Shown here one piece after another: positions 37,017-46,352 of a stretch of 64,000 bases of DNA. Position numbers and translations under genes: made by a program. The stretch is from an uncultured virus (IMG/VR IMGVR_UViG_3300027865_000006) (lineage: Duplodnaviria > Heunggongvirae > Uroviricota > Caudoviricetes), in the IMG/VR virus record IMGVR_UViG_3300027865_000006; one strand, 5' to 3'. Below the pieces are notes generated by a model. That model was not told the origin of the DNA. It did no database searches and saw only the letters and a list, made by a program, of their open reading frames with translations. Numbering within the stretch: position 1 is the first letter of the stretch; each line of letters opens with the position of its first letter.

Positions 37017-38062
37017 TGTGGTTATATATCCCAGAATCTTGTCACTCTGTACAGGTTACGGAGGACTCGATCTTGGCCTTGAACTCTGTAGCCCCTCCAG
37101 TCAGGTTGTGTGTTACGTCGAGCGGGAAGCCTACGCAGCGGCTAACCTCGTGGCAAGGATGGAAGAGCAGGACTTGGATAACGGACCTATCTGGGATGAC
37201 GTTAAAACCTTCGATGGTAAACCTTGGCGTGGCGCAGTGGATTGCGTCACTGCTGGCTATCCCTGCCAACCTTTCAGCGTTGCAGGAAACAAGCTCGGAA
37301 CTGCGGACCCCCGACACTTATGGCCCGACATTACCAGAATCATCGGAGAAGTTCGCCCTCAGTTCTGCTTCTTCGAAAACGTTGCCAACCATCTCAACAT
37401 GGGATTCGATACAGTCTCCCGAGACTTACAAGAAATGGGTTACAGCGTTGCGGCGGCACTCGTTACAGCGGCGGAAGTCGGTGCACCTCACAAGCGAGAA
37501 CGACTCTTCATCATGGCCCACGGCAACGGCGGGAGATGCGAAACAAAGCGGAGCGAGCGGATACAGCACGGAGAGCGGAAGACACAACGGGACCACACTA
37601 ACGGATGCGGCGGTTCGGAACTGGAGAACGCCACTTGCCAGCGAAGTGAAGAACGGGTGTGGCCCGAGTCGAATGAATCGAGACAGCCCCGGACTGTATC
37701 ACGAAGTAGCAATGTTCACTCGAACTCAGAAGAACTGGCCAACACCGAAAGCGAGCGAAGCGGATCGGGGGGCGGCACCGTCAGAGGCCAAGCGAAGATC
37801 ACCGAATTTAAAAGCATTGGCTCAAGGATATTTCCCCCCGGACAAAACTCCGAAGATCCCGACTGGGGAAACTGGCCTTGGCCGTCGTTTGAACCCCGAT
37901 TTCGTCGAAGCTCTTATGGGTCTACCCAGTGGAATGACCGACTGCGACTGTGCGGTAACGGAGTGGTCCCTTTGGTGGCGGCGTATGCGTTCGGCATATT
38001 GTCACATGATCTCAACGTATATTAGGAAGGAACATCACAAATGTCTTTCAAGGATTTCTTAG
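37016..38062 (+). CDS. Overlapping alternative-frame ORF, putative second subunit of the C5 methyltransferase
   Basis: Open for 348 codons across the MTase gene; three W(P/R)T(P/A)xA repeats; RLNPDFVEALMGLP resembles motif IX. Confidence 0.65.
   Translation: MWLYIPESCHSVQVTEDSILALNSVAPPVRLCVTSSGKPTQRLTSWQGWKSRTWITDLSGMTLKPSMVNLGVAQWIASLLAIPANLSALQETSSELRTPDTYGPTLPESSEKFALSSASSKTLPTISTWDSIQSPETYKKWVTALRRHSLQRRKSVHLTSENDSSSWPTATAGDAKQSGASGYSTESGRHNGTTLTDAAVRNWRTPLASEVKNGCGPSRMNRDSPGLYHEVAMFTRTQKNWPTPKASEADRGAAPSEAKRRSPNLKALAQGYFPPDKTPKIPTGETGLGRRLNPDFVEALMGLPSGMTDCDCAVTEWSLWWRRMRSAYCHMISTYIRKEHHKCLSRIS
37018..38025 (+). CDS. DNA (cytosine-5)-methyltransferase
   Basis: Motifs I LSLCTGYGG, IV GYPCQPFS, VI FENV, VIII PHKRERLF, X CGNGVVP. 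Confidence 0.92.
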   Translation: MVIYPRILSLCTGYGGLDLGLELCSPSSQVVCYVEREAYAAANLVARMEEQDLDNGPIWDDVKTFDGKPWRGAVDCVTAGYPCQPFSVAGNKLGTADPRHLWPDITRIIGEVRPQFCFFENVANHLNMGFDTVSRDLQEMGYSVAAALVTAAEVGAPHKRERLFIMAHGNGGRCETKRSERIQHGERKTQRDHTNGCGGSELENATCQRSEERVWPESNESRQPRTVSRSSNVHSNSEELANTESERSGSGGGTVRGQAKITEFKSIGSRIFPPGQNSEDPDWGNWPWPSFEPRFRRSSYGSTQWNDRLRLCGNGVVPLVAAYAFGILSHDLNVY

Positions 38063-38316
38063 ACCCAGCGACCCCGCTGGAGAAGTATAACCCGGAGCAT
38101 GCAGGTAAGGAGCTTGAGGAATTATTGACGTTGCTCCTAGACGACGATGACATGACTCACAGAGTAAGAATCCGAACGCTTTGCCTAGCAAATGTTTGCG
38201 CCATACATTCAGGTGAAGTCGCGCTAAAAAAGGCTTTACAGCAAATCTTATGGACAGAGCAAAAAGCAATCGAGGCTGAATTAGCCCGACGAAAAGAGGA
38301 TAGCAATGGACACTAA
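38041..38316 (+). CDS. Hypothetical protein
   Basis: ORF with AGGAAGG RBS in operon. Confidence 0.55.
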   Translation: MSFKDFLDPATPLEKYNPEHAGKELEELLTLLLDDDDMTHRVRIRTLCLANVCAIHSGEVALKKALQQILWTEQKAIEAELARRKEDSNGH

Positions 38317-38518
38317 GGACTTCAGATTCACCAGAGTTCACATAGACGAATCAATAGACATGACTGTTGAGGCGTTGGAAAAGATTTGTAAGGAAGGTTG
38401 GAGTGACTCCGACCACCAACCAGTATATGCCACCAAAGCAGCTTTGAAGGCGCTCATCACTCGAATGAGAAGTTGGCAAAAGATGTTGGATGACATAGCC
38501 CCAAGAGAAGGAGGGTAG
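38306..38518 (+). CDS. Hypothetical protein
   Basis: ORF with GAGG RBS. Confidence 0.5.
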   Translation: MDTKDFRFTRVHIDESIDMTVEALEKICKEGWSDSDHQPVYATKAALKALITRMRSWQKMLDDIAPREGG

Positions 38519-38520
38519 CG

Positions 38521-38982
38521 GTGTTTAAAAGACTCAGAGAATTCGTGATGAAGCATGGTCATGATGAGGACGGGCAACCGAGTGGTGCGATGATACAGTT
38601 TCTGGTTGAGGAAGCTCAAGATATGCACACTGCTACTACAGCGACTTACCAAAGATTGTTTGATAAGGCTTGCTCAGATCCCGCTAAAATGATGGCACTT
38701 CAACCTTTGTCGGCTGGAATGGGCCTCGTAGCCTACCCGACTATGTGTAGACAACTCGACACTGTTTGCACGTGGCTCGGTTATTATGATCACCTCGAAT
38801 TGGATATTATCGAGGCTGAATTTCGTACTGCACTAGAGGAGGTAAGGGAAGTAGATAGCCATGTATTCAGGACCGAACAACACCATGGAATCCTCACAGA
38901 ATCTATCGATGACATGGTAGCTGATTGGCGCAAACGAATAGAAGAAGACCGCCGCCTCAAAAAGGAGAATGCCCATGACTGA
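38521..38982 (+). CDS. Hypothetical protein
   Basis: ORF with GGAGG RBS. Confidence 0.55.
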   Translation: MFKRLREFVMKHGHDEDGQPSGAMIQFLVEEAQDMHTATTATYQRLFDKACSDPAKMMALQPLSAGMGLVAYPTMCRQLDTVCTWLGYYDHLELDIIEAEFRTALEEVREVDSHVFRTEQHHGILTESIDDMVADWRKRIEEDRRLKKENAHD

Positions 38983-39538
38983 CGTGAAATTACCAAGCCG
39001 TAAAAAAGTAGTCGACCTACCGGAGCGACCAAAGGATCGCAACGAGCAAACTCGCGAGCGTGCTCGAGAAAAGATTGCTACTGCTGACGCGAATCTGAGC
39101 TTGCAGCAAATCCAGATGAAGAAGCAGCTCGCAGCTAAGATGGGAGAGATGACACCTGAACAAGTGGATACGCTCAAGGCTTACGCCGAAGCATCCACCA
39201 TGGCCACCAAGCAGCTTGCCAAGTCAAACTACGGTCCTATGGGCTCGATGGAGCAAGGCGCAGCCGAGATAGACAAGCTCACACTCAACCTGACTGATGT
39301 TCTAATGGCAGCTTCCAAAGGCACATTTGGCATGAACGAATTTTTCGCGATGCTCGGAGCTACCGCAGGATTCCAAGCGGGTGTAGCGATGGCCAAGAAC
39401 AACACTGAGATGACTGAGGGAATGATCAAGACTTCGACAATGATTTTCGAAGGTGGCCTTCGCATGATTTCGGAATCGGCGAGGGTTGCTTACAAAGACA
39501 ACAAGGTTATTCGTCCGGCTACCAAGCTCCCGCATTAA
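38969..39538 (+). CDS. Hypothetical helical protein
   Basis: ORF with AGGAG RBS. Confidence 0.55.
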   Translation: MPMTDVKLPSRKKVVDLPERPKDRNEQTRERAREKIATADANLSLQQIQMKKQLAAKMGEMTPEQVDTLKAYAEASTMATKQLAKSNYGPMGSMEQGAAEIDKLTLNLTDVLMAASKGTFGMNEFFAMLGATAGFQAGVAMAKNNTEMTEGMIKTSTMIFEGGLRMISESARVAYKDNKVIRPATKLPH

Positions 39539-39554
39539 AGTTACAGAGGCTCGC

Positions 39555-40475
39555 ATGAAAATCTCCGATATTGCCGACCTAATTAACGACCTCGAGGAAC
39601 GCTCGTGGGAAGACGCGCTTGACCCCGCCGACCGGCTTGGCGGGCCGTCCCCCATGGGTAACTCCAAGTGGCAGGTATTCAAGCAGTGCCCGTATCTGTA
39701 TCAGCTCATGTTCATTCGTGGTTATGCGCCGAGACGGAAGAGTGATGCGCTGGAGCTTGGAGGGTTGTTTCACGAGATGATGGCCAGGTACTTCATCAAA
39801 GATATGGAGCTCCGAGACGCTGAAGAGCGGATACCTGAACTGAAGATTTGGAATCAATCGAAACTGGCTGCTCTAGACCTCGCCCACCAAGTAGAAAAGA
39901 TTGCACCCGGACTTGCGGGCGAGGCTATCAGGTTGTTTAGGGCCTGGCAAGTTTTAAATGGACGTGGAACGGTAGGATATGACTGCAAGCAAACCATGTT
40001 CATCGAGAATTTGCTTGAAGTGCGTGAGCCCTTCCATTACTCAGCCAGGCTTGATCGTGTTCTCCGGACGGAACATTCAGTCGCGCTTCAAGATCACAAG
40101 ACCGCCAAGATGTACACGAACCGCTTGGTCGCCGCATACAAGATGGATCCCCAATTCATTGGGCAGAAGTGGCTTTGGGATCAAACGCTTGCCAAAGAGT
40201 ACGGAGAGCTGGAATACTTCGAAGTGAATTTGGTCGTTAAAACTGACTCAGTGAGGGTAGAGCCCCTTCGTATCTACATCACAGACTCGCTCACTCGAGA
40301 CTGGTTATACGAAATGAAAGACCTGAACCGTCAGTTTCAGTTTCGGATGCAGAACACTCTCCGTAGGTGGCCGAAGTGTCGCACGTATCGATGTACTTTT
40401 TGCGAGGCTTTTGATCACTGTGCTTCCGAGGGGAGTTTATCGGGCTGGCGTAAAAAAGAAAAAGGCGAATGGTAA
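39555..40475 (+). CDS. PD-(D/E)XK RecB/Cas4-like exonuclease
   Basis: FKQCP, GGLFHE, ARLD, QDHKT, QFIGQ, C..CTFC...C. Confidence 0.85.
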   Translation: MKISDIADLINDLEERSWEDALDPADRLGGPSPMGNSKWQVFKQCPYLYQLMFIRGYAPRRKSDALELGGLFHEMMARYFIKDMELRDAEERIPELKIWNQSKLAALDLAHQVEKIAPGLAGEAIRLFRAWQVLNGRGTVGYDCKQTMFIENLLEVREPFHYSARLDRVLRTEHSVALQDHKTAKMYTNRLVAAYKMDPQFIGQKWLWDQTLAKEYGELEYFEVNLVVKTDSVRVEPLRIYITDSLTRDWLYEMKDLNRQFQFRMQNTLRRWPKCRTYRCTFCEAFDHCASEGSLSGWRKKEKGEW

Positions 40476-40548
40476 AAAAATTGATTTCGGTATTGACGCC
40501 ATCAAAATTACTCGATAGAACTTTCTCACACTTTGAACACGGGATTTT

Positions 40549-41346
40549 TTGATGAAGTTGAGAACACTCAAGGCAGACAAATTGCCTCAGTCGAAAGTCT
40601 ATAGAATTTTCTTATACGGGGGAAATCGTAGCGGCAAAACTCACTTTGCAGGTACGTTCCCTAATCCTGTTTTTGTAGTGCCTGAAATGGGACTGAATGA
40701 GCTTAAAACCGTAGCCGACCAAGATATTACAGTAATTCCCTTCGTAGGTCTGCAGGACTGTTTAGAACAACTAAAAGGCCTTGTAGAGGCCATTAAGTTC
40801 AAACCGCACACACTTGATTACATGCCTAAAACAATCGTATTTGATAACCTCACTACCGCTAATCAGTTGTGGCTTGACGAACTCGAAGATGGTGGCGACT
40901 CCGAGCGTAAAGTACAACGAAATATGTGGGGAATGATGCGTTCCTATATTGTCGCATACATGCGTTTATTACACGGACTTAAAAACTGTCATGTGATTTG
41001 GATTTGCCATCCACACATAGAGAGAATTACAGAGAAAGTAGGAGGGCGACTTGTTGAGCAAAGCGTAGGTTCATTCGCAGTGCAAGGAGCGGCGAGAGAT
41101 TTGATTCCTGGCAACTGTGACTTGCTCCTGTATTCCGAAGATAAAGATGTGGGACTTAGGGGCACGAATTACTTAATTCACGCCAAAAAGCAAGGTATCT
41201 GGCCAGCAGGGGTAAGGCTGGCACGTATTCACGCACAAAAACCGTTTCACGTACTTGGACCGAAACCGAGTCCTAGCTACGACGGAATGGCCAAGGTTTT
41301 AGGGTTAGCGTCTAGAGACGACATTGAAGCCGAACTAGACGAGTAA
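40549..41346 (+). CDS. AAA_24 / Sak4-like ATPase
   Basis: FLYGGNRSGKTHFAGTFP, TIVFDNLT, WICH. Confidence 0.8.
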   Translation: MMKLRTLKADKLPQSKVYRIFLYGGNRSGKTHFAGTFPNPVFVVPEMGLNELKTVADQDITVIPFVGLQDCLEQLKGLVEAIKFKPHTLDYMPKTIVFDNLTTANQLWLDELEDGGDSERKVQRNMWGMMRSYIVAYMRLLHGLKNCHVIWICHPHIERITEKVGGRLVEQSVGSFAVQGAARDLIPGNCDLLLYSEDKDVGLRGTNYLIHAKKQGIWPAGVRLARIHAQKPFHVLGPKPSPSYDGMAKVLGLASRDDIEAELDE

Positions 41347-41381
41347 AATGGGGGTACGCCTCCAAAGAAAGGGCAACTAGT

Positions 41382-42062
41382 ATGGGCATTATCGGAATGA
41401 CGACTGAACAATGGGATGCGATGGAGAGTAAGACTGGTGGATTCTCCCTCTGTCCCGCTGGATCTGGTTTACTGCTCGAGATCACTGGGCACCGCGAAGG
41501 TACCTACAAAGACAAAAAAACTGGCCTCGACGTAGAGTATATCACGCTGGCCTGTTCGCATACTGACGAAGAGGGCGTCAAGCATGACCATTGGGAGTTT
41601 TTCAATCTCCTCGAGGCAGACATGCCTTACCTCAAAGGCTTCCTAGAGAAGATTGAGCGCATGGACCTATTCAAGCTCGGCGAAGATGCTGAATGGGAAA
41701 TGCTCAATGGCACTGTGATCACAGCAGACATCAAACACCGCGTGAAGAAGGGGACTGAGGAAAAACAGTCTGTCCTTATCCGCAACACAATCACTGCTGT
41801 ATCTCACGAAGACGGCGTAGAAGTTGCTGACTGGCGCGAAGAGATGGGTCTTGAGCCCAAAGAGGAAGAAGAGAAACCCGCCAAGAAGTTCAAAAAGCCT
41901 GCCAAGAAGGCTACTGCTTCCGCCAAGCGCACCGGCAAAAAGGTGGAGCCTGAAGAAGAAGAAGAAGAAGAAGAAGAGCCCGAAGAGGACGAAGAGGAAG
42001 AGGATGATACTGCCCCCAAACGTTCTAAGCGGCGGTCCCGTCGTGGAGAGCGGGAGGACTAA
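41382..42062 (+). CDS. Putative ssDNA-binding protein (DUF669-like) with acidic tail
   Basis: Follows the nuclease and AAA genes as in phage recombination modules; beta-rich core, Glu-rich tail. Confidence 0.6.
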   Translation: MGIIGMTTEQWDAMESKTGGFSLCPAGSGLLLEITGHREGTYKDKKTGLDVEYITLACSHTDEEGVKHDHWEFFNLLEADMPYLKGFLEKIERMDLFKLGEDAEWEMLNGTVITADIKHRVKKGTEEKQSVLIRNTITAVSHEDGVEVADWREEMGLEPKEEEEKPAKKFKKPAKKATASAKRTGKKVEPEEEEEEEEEPEEDEEEEDDTAPKRSKRRSRRGERED

Positions 42063-42081
42063 TCCGGCCTAGTTTCCATCC

Positions 42082-42260
42082 GAGCGTGGGGATAAGGCCC
42101 CTATACTGCCGGTTCGATTCTGGTGGGCGCTCCAAGTCGGTCTGTGTGAGTGGTAGAGAGCAATGGTGGCAATGATGCCATCTCGTAGATTAACTATGGA
42201 CTGTATGATTCGCTTGGACTCAATCTATCTCTCTAAACCGTTCGTTCACACAGACTGACT
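42082..42260 (+). ncRNA. Candidate structured RNA: tRNA-like T-arm/CCA element followed by a long stem-loop
   Basis: GCCGG-TTCGATT-CTGGT then GGGCGCTCCA; 42135-42150 pairs with 42245-42260. Confidence 0.45.
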
Positions 42261-42281
42261 AATTCTTTGAAAGGATTCGCT

Positions 42282-42521
42282 ATGAGCTTCATGAAAAGTC
42301 TTGGCGTACTTGGTAAACTGAAACCCTTACTTACTGGCCCAAACCTAGCTTACTTAGACCAGCTCCTGACTCAACTCACAGATCCTAAGTCTGCGAGTTA
42401 CGGCACAATCTGGACGGAGTTCAAGCTAAGGCATGCCAACCCCGAACAAGTAAAAGCAGCATGGAATGGGTTGAGAGCTCTTCACCAAGTGGTAAAAGAT
42501 CAACGGAAGGCAGGGCTGTGA
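42282..42521 (+). CDS. Hypothetical protein
   Basis: ORF with AAGGA RBS, GTGA coupling to the next gene. Confidence 0.55.
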   Translation: MSFMKSLGVLGKLKPLLTGPNLAYLDQLLTQLTDPKSASYGTIWTEFKLRHANPEQVKAAWNGLRALHQVVKDQRKAGL

Positions 42522-43123
42522 ACATTGTTTGGTTTGACCTCGAAACAACAGGACTCTCGTTTACCCGCGATGAAATTATTCAAGTGGCCGCCGTGGCTAC
42601 GACCGGGCCGCCTGCCTTTAAGGTGCGAGCAAAAATTGAGGTCAAAATCAAGCCTTCCGAGGCTGGCGTGGGGCGTCTCAACCGCCTTATTGCAGATGGT
42701 TTCGATACCGTCTGGGACGCAGAGACGTGGGAAAAAGTCTGGGAGAAAGAACCAGGACTCCAGCGAGTAGCGAATTTCTTCAAAGCTCATGCTGATATTC
42801 AAGTGCTTTCCAAAAAAGGCCGTCCTTACATGACGTGCCGCGTAGCGGGGCATAATGTTTCTAAATTTGATGTTCCTATGTTGTTTGCTCATGGTCGCCG
42901 CCACGATATTTTCATGCCGGTTAACCCGATTTGCTTTGATACCTTCCAGCTCGCCTGCACCAACAAGATTTTGTTCGGAGTCGGGCCGGAACAACTCACT
43001 TTAGAGGGGTTGTGTCAATTCTACGCTATCCCCGTGGAGCGTCTTCATGACGCTCTAGCTGACGTGATGATGAACATCGAGATTGCTCGCAAGCTCGTGG
43101 CCGAACTCGCTGACTGGGAGTAG
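42518..43123 (+). CDS. DEDDh 3'-5' exonuclease (DnaQ-like)
   Basis: FDLETTG, GHNVSKFD, HDALAD. Confidence 0.92.
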   Translation: MNIVWFDLETTGLSFTRDEIIQVAAVATTGPPAFKVRAKIEVKIKPSEAGVGRLNRLIADGFDTVWDAETWEKVWEKEPGLQRVANFFKAHADIQVLSKKGRPYMTCRVAGHNVSKFDVPMLFAHGRRHDIFMPVNPICFDTFQLACTNKILFGVGPEQLTLEGLCQFYAIPVERLHDALADVMMNIEIARKLVAELADWE

Positions 43124-43124
43124 T

Positions 43125-46010
43125 ATGGCTTTCCTCCACCCCAAAGAGCATGCTGAGTGTTCACAGTGCCCTCTATTTGAGCGAGGTGTACCAGTCTCGG
43201 ATCGTATCCCCATCGATATGGATATGTTCTCCGGGCTGACGCTTGTCACGGATGGACCTGGACGTATTGAGGTCAAAGAGGGTCTCATATTTTCTGGGAA
43301 TGTCGGCACCTTTACTACCAACGCGATGACCCAAGTCGGTATCCCGCTTGCCGCTGTTCATGTAACTGGCTGCATAAGGTGTGGGCTGGCTCAAAATGCA
43401 AAGTTGACTGATCGCGAGATGGAAGAAGCTATCAAGACTTGTCGTCCTGGCGTGCTCCACAACATGCGAGAAATGGGCACCAAGGCGGCTTGTGTCATTG
43501 GTGCAACTCCGCTCAAGGCTATGACGGGTCTCAAGGGTATCGACAACTACAGGGGTACTGTGCTGCCTCCTGAAGATGACGAGCCGTGGTTCGTTACGGC
43601 TACGCTCCATCCTGGCCATCTTTTGGTATCTGAATCTCGCCGTATCTTGTTTGAGCTCCTGGCCGAAGACTTGAAGAAAGGTTACGACCTGGCCAAGGGC
43701 CGTATCGGACTCTGGGAGCCTGAAACTCGCAGCGCAAAAAACGGTAAGAAGCTCCTTCGCTGGCTGCGCGAAGTCGAAGAGCAACGTTTACCAATGGGCT
43801 GCGACGTTGAGACTGACGGAATCAATGCACTCGAGTGCAACCTGCTCACCATTGGGGTTGCGGCGAAAACTGAGGGGCTTGAAAAGCCCCCTGTAAGCTA
43901 CCCCATCCCGTGGGGACCGGCATATGAAGGCTATTACGATCACAAGACATGGAAGGCTATTCGCAAGCAATTGAAGCGAATGTTTGATGCGCCCGAGCAG
44001 TCAGTAGTCTTCCATAATATGCCTTACGATATTCCTGTGCTGCGCCGGCACTTCAACATCGAGTTCGAAGCCGATTGTCACGACACTTTGCTGTTGCACC
44101 ATGCTTCGTACCCAAAATTTCCAAAGAAGCTCCAGCAGGTAGCCTCGCACAAGCTCGCAGTTGAGCCCTGGAAGACCACGTTCCGCGTAGCTGAGAAGGC
44201 TCTGCATAAAGAGCTAGACCTGGCTGAGCACGCTCTAGATAAGATGCTGCGCACGCCGGCAGAGACTCGCGCACTGGATCAGGCTACCGAGGGCGATGTC
44301 ACCAAAGATATAGTGCTCGAGGGGCTCGACAAACAGGCGCTCCAAGAGTTGCTTTGGTACAATGCTGCGGATACGGGTACAACCGTCGAGCTGTTCTATA
44401 TCCTGATCCAAGAGTGCAAAGAGCGTGACGTTCTTCAAGTTTATCAAGACGACCGGGAACTGCTTTACGAGACTATCAACTGGACTAGAGACGGCATCGC
44501 CGTCGACCTCAAGCTACGCAATCGATTGGTCTACAAATACCAGCGCGAGACCGACTCGCTGCGCATCGAATTGCGTGAGTTGTGCAAGCTGCGCCCTCAT
44601 GCCGAGTGGGTTGCAGACTTAAAAGAGCTCACCGAGGATTTAGAAGCGCTCAAAGAAGAACTCAAGCAATTGCGCAAAGAATGCCCAGTATGCGGGCATA
44701 TGATGAGCTCCAGCACTGCTGTGAAGTCCCATCTACGAGCGAAGCATAAAGAAGAAGCCGAAGCCGAAATAGAGTTTATGCGGGAAGACATTATGTCAGC
44801 AGTGCAAGATCTTGCTGACGTAAGGGTCGAGCTAAAGGAATTGAAAAAGGAAGCTACGGACGAGACTTTCAATCCTGGTTCGCCCATCCAGCTCCGTGAT
44901 GTTCTGGCTTTGCGCGGATTGAGGCCGAAGAAAGTCACTAAGAAGTCGATGCAAATATCTACTTCTAAGGATTCTCTCTGGGAACTCCGGGATGACCGTT
45001 TCGTTGATGTTTTGTTCCGCTGGCGCAAAGCAGCCAAGCTCCTATCTACTTATCTGATCAACCTCGATTCGAAGCTAGGCGCTGACGGCAGACTGCATCC
45101 GGTATGGAAACTTCATGCTACTCCGTCCGGACGATTCGGGACGCAACCGGCAGTACAAAACTGGCCTTCCGACATGAAGAAAATGATGATACCTGGCAAA
45201 GGTTGCGTCATTGTCGGGGCTGACTACGCCGCGCTGGAACTCCGCATAAGTGCTTGGTTAGCTGGTCAAGAAGACCTTATTAAAGCCTTCATGGAGGATG
45301 AAGACATCCACTTGCGACACGCCAAGTGGTTCTTCCCGAAAGCCTGTGAAGAGCTCCAAGGCGTTATCGATGATCCGAATACTTCTGAGGAGAATCTAGA
45401 GAAAGCTACGAAACAGCTCAAAGCACTGCGCGGTGCGGGTAAACCAGTCACGTTCGGTAAAATTTACAGGGCTGGTGAGAAGACGCTTTACGAGAATATT
45501 CGTGAAGACCGACCGGACGTTAAAACGCCCAAAGAGCACAAGCAATTGCAGCGCGTAGTGAGCCAGATGAGCCGAGTACTCGATATGAAGTATCCGAACC
45601 TCGGTGAGTCGGCGCGCATGTGGCAGAGAATGGCGAAGGAGCAGAAGTTTTTGCGTACGGGCATGAGTGGACGCTTGCGTATATGGCCGGTGGGCGAGCC
45701 CTCCTTGAACGAGTGCGCGAACCACCCAATCCAGGGTTTTGCGGCAGATATTATGAACGCAGCAACCTTGCGTTTGGTGCGTAGACTCAAAAAAGAGGGG
45801 CTCTATCGCAAAGGTATCAGGATTATTCTACAGATTCACGATGCTTTGTATTTGGAAGTGAAGAAGGGACTCGAAGAGTACGCCAAGGAAATGCTCGCTG
45901 AATGCATGACCACGGAGATGACTACGAAGTCTCAAGTAACGGGCAAGACCCACACTATGCGATTCCCAGTGGATGCACAGATCGCAATGAACGTAGCTAA
46001 AGCTGCTTAG
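43125..46010 (+). CDS. polA: Family A DNA polymerase with N-terminal uracil-DNA-glycosylase-like domain
   Basis: CSQCPL/GPG..E/TLHPG UDG family 4-like; exonuclease DVETDG, FHNMPYD, YNAAD; polymerase ADYAALELR, RGAGKPVTFGKIY, QIHDAL. Confidence 0.92.
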   Translation: MAFLHPKEHAECSQCPLFERGVPVSDRIPIDMDMFSGLTLVTDGPGRIEVKEGLIFSGNVGTFTTNAMTQVGIPLAAVHVTGCIRCGLAQNAKLTDREMEEAIKTCRPGVLHNMREMGTKAACVIGATPLKAMTGLKGIDNYRGTVLPPEDDEPWFVTATLHPGHLLVSESRRILFELLAEDLKKGYDLAKGRIGLWEPETRSAKNGKKLLRWLREVEEQRLPMGCDVETDGINALECNLLTIGVAAKTEGLEKPPVSYPIPWGPAYEGYYDHKTWKAIRKQLKRMFDAPEQSVVFHNMPYDIPVLRRHFNIEFEADCHDTLLLHHASYPKFPKKLQQVASHKLAVEPWKTTFRVAEKALHKELDLAEHALDKMLRTPAETRALDQATEGDVTKDIVLEGLDKQALQELLWYNAADTGTTVELFYILIQECKERDVLQVYQDDRELLYETINWTRDGIAVDLKLRNRLVYKYQRETDSLRIELRELCKLRPHAEWVADLKELTEDLEALKEELKQLRKECPVCGHMMSSSTAVKSHLRAKHKEEAEAEIEFMREDIMSAVQDLADVRVELKELKKEATDETFNPGSPIQLRDVLALRGLRPKKVTKKSMQISTSKDSLWELRDDRFVDVLFRWRKAAKLLSTYLINLDSKLGADGRLHPVWKLHATPSGRFGTQPAVQNWPSDMKKMMIPGKGCVIVGADYAALELRISAWLAGQEDLIKAFMEDEDIHLRHAKWFFPKACEELQGVIDDPNTSEENLEKATKQLKALRGAGKPVTFGKIYRAGEKTLYENIREDRPDVKTPKEHKQLQRVVSQMSRVLDMKYPNLGESARMWQRMAKEQKFLRTGMSGRLRIWPVGEPSLNECANHPIQGFAADIMNAATLRLVRRLKKEGLYRKGIRIILQIHDALYLEVKKGLEEYAKEMLAECMTTEMTTKSQVTGKTHTMRFPVDAQIAMNVAKAA

Positions 46011-46019
46011 GAGATAGGG

Positions 46020-46352
46020 ATGGACCATAAAGTAGAACTCAAACTGACTGACAAAGAATTCGAGGCCATACAAAAAAGTAATAAGGCCGAGTTCATTAAA
46101 TTTCTGACCAGGACTCAGCTTTCGGGCTTTAAGGTAGGGGCGAGGGTTGGCTCTGAGGGAGCTTTCGAAATCATTGAAAAGCAGCTCAATTTCATTATTA
46201 CGACTGCACCTGAAAATGCCCCTTCTGAGAGAGATGCGGCAATGGTTGCTGGCTCGTTAGCCGCATTTCAGTATGTGCTGCCTCATCTACGAGAACAGAA
46301 TCGTGCGCAGTTGGCTGATCTGATTGGAGATATGAGGCGAGACAATGGATGA
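46020..46352 (+). CDS. Hypothetical protein
   Basis: ORF with AGGAG RBS. Confidence 0.55.
   Translation: MDHKVELKLTDKEFEAIQKSNKAEFIKFLTRTQLSGFKVGARVGSEGAFEIIEKQLNFIITTAPENAPSERDAAMVAGSLAAFQYVLPHLREQNRAQLADLIGDMRRDNG

Noticed and set aside
39555..40475. Cas4-like nuclease as part of a CRISPR-Cas system
   Set aside because: No array or other cas genes seen; it sits in a standard phage recombination trio
34885..41346. P-loop proteins at 34885 and 40549 as the genome-packaging ATPase
   Set aside because: Motifs and context fit a nucleotide kinase and an AAA_24/Sak4 recombination ATPase
41952..41976. GAA trinucleotide run (and CAG/CAA runs near 29790-29860)
   Set aside because: Explained by poly-Glu and poly-Gln coding tracts
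42082..42134. Canonical tRNA gene
   Set aside because: Too short, no separate D and anticodon arms, incomplete acceptor stem; kept only as a tRNA-like element
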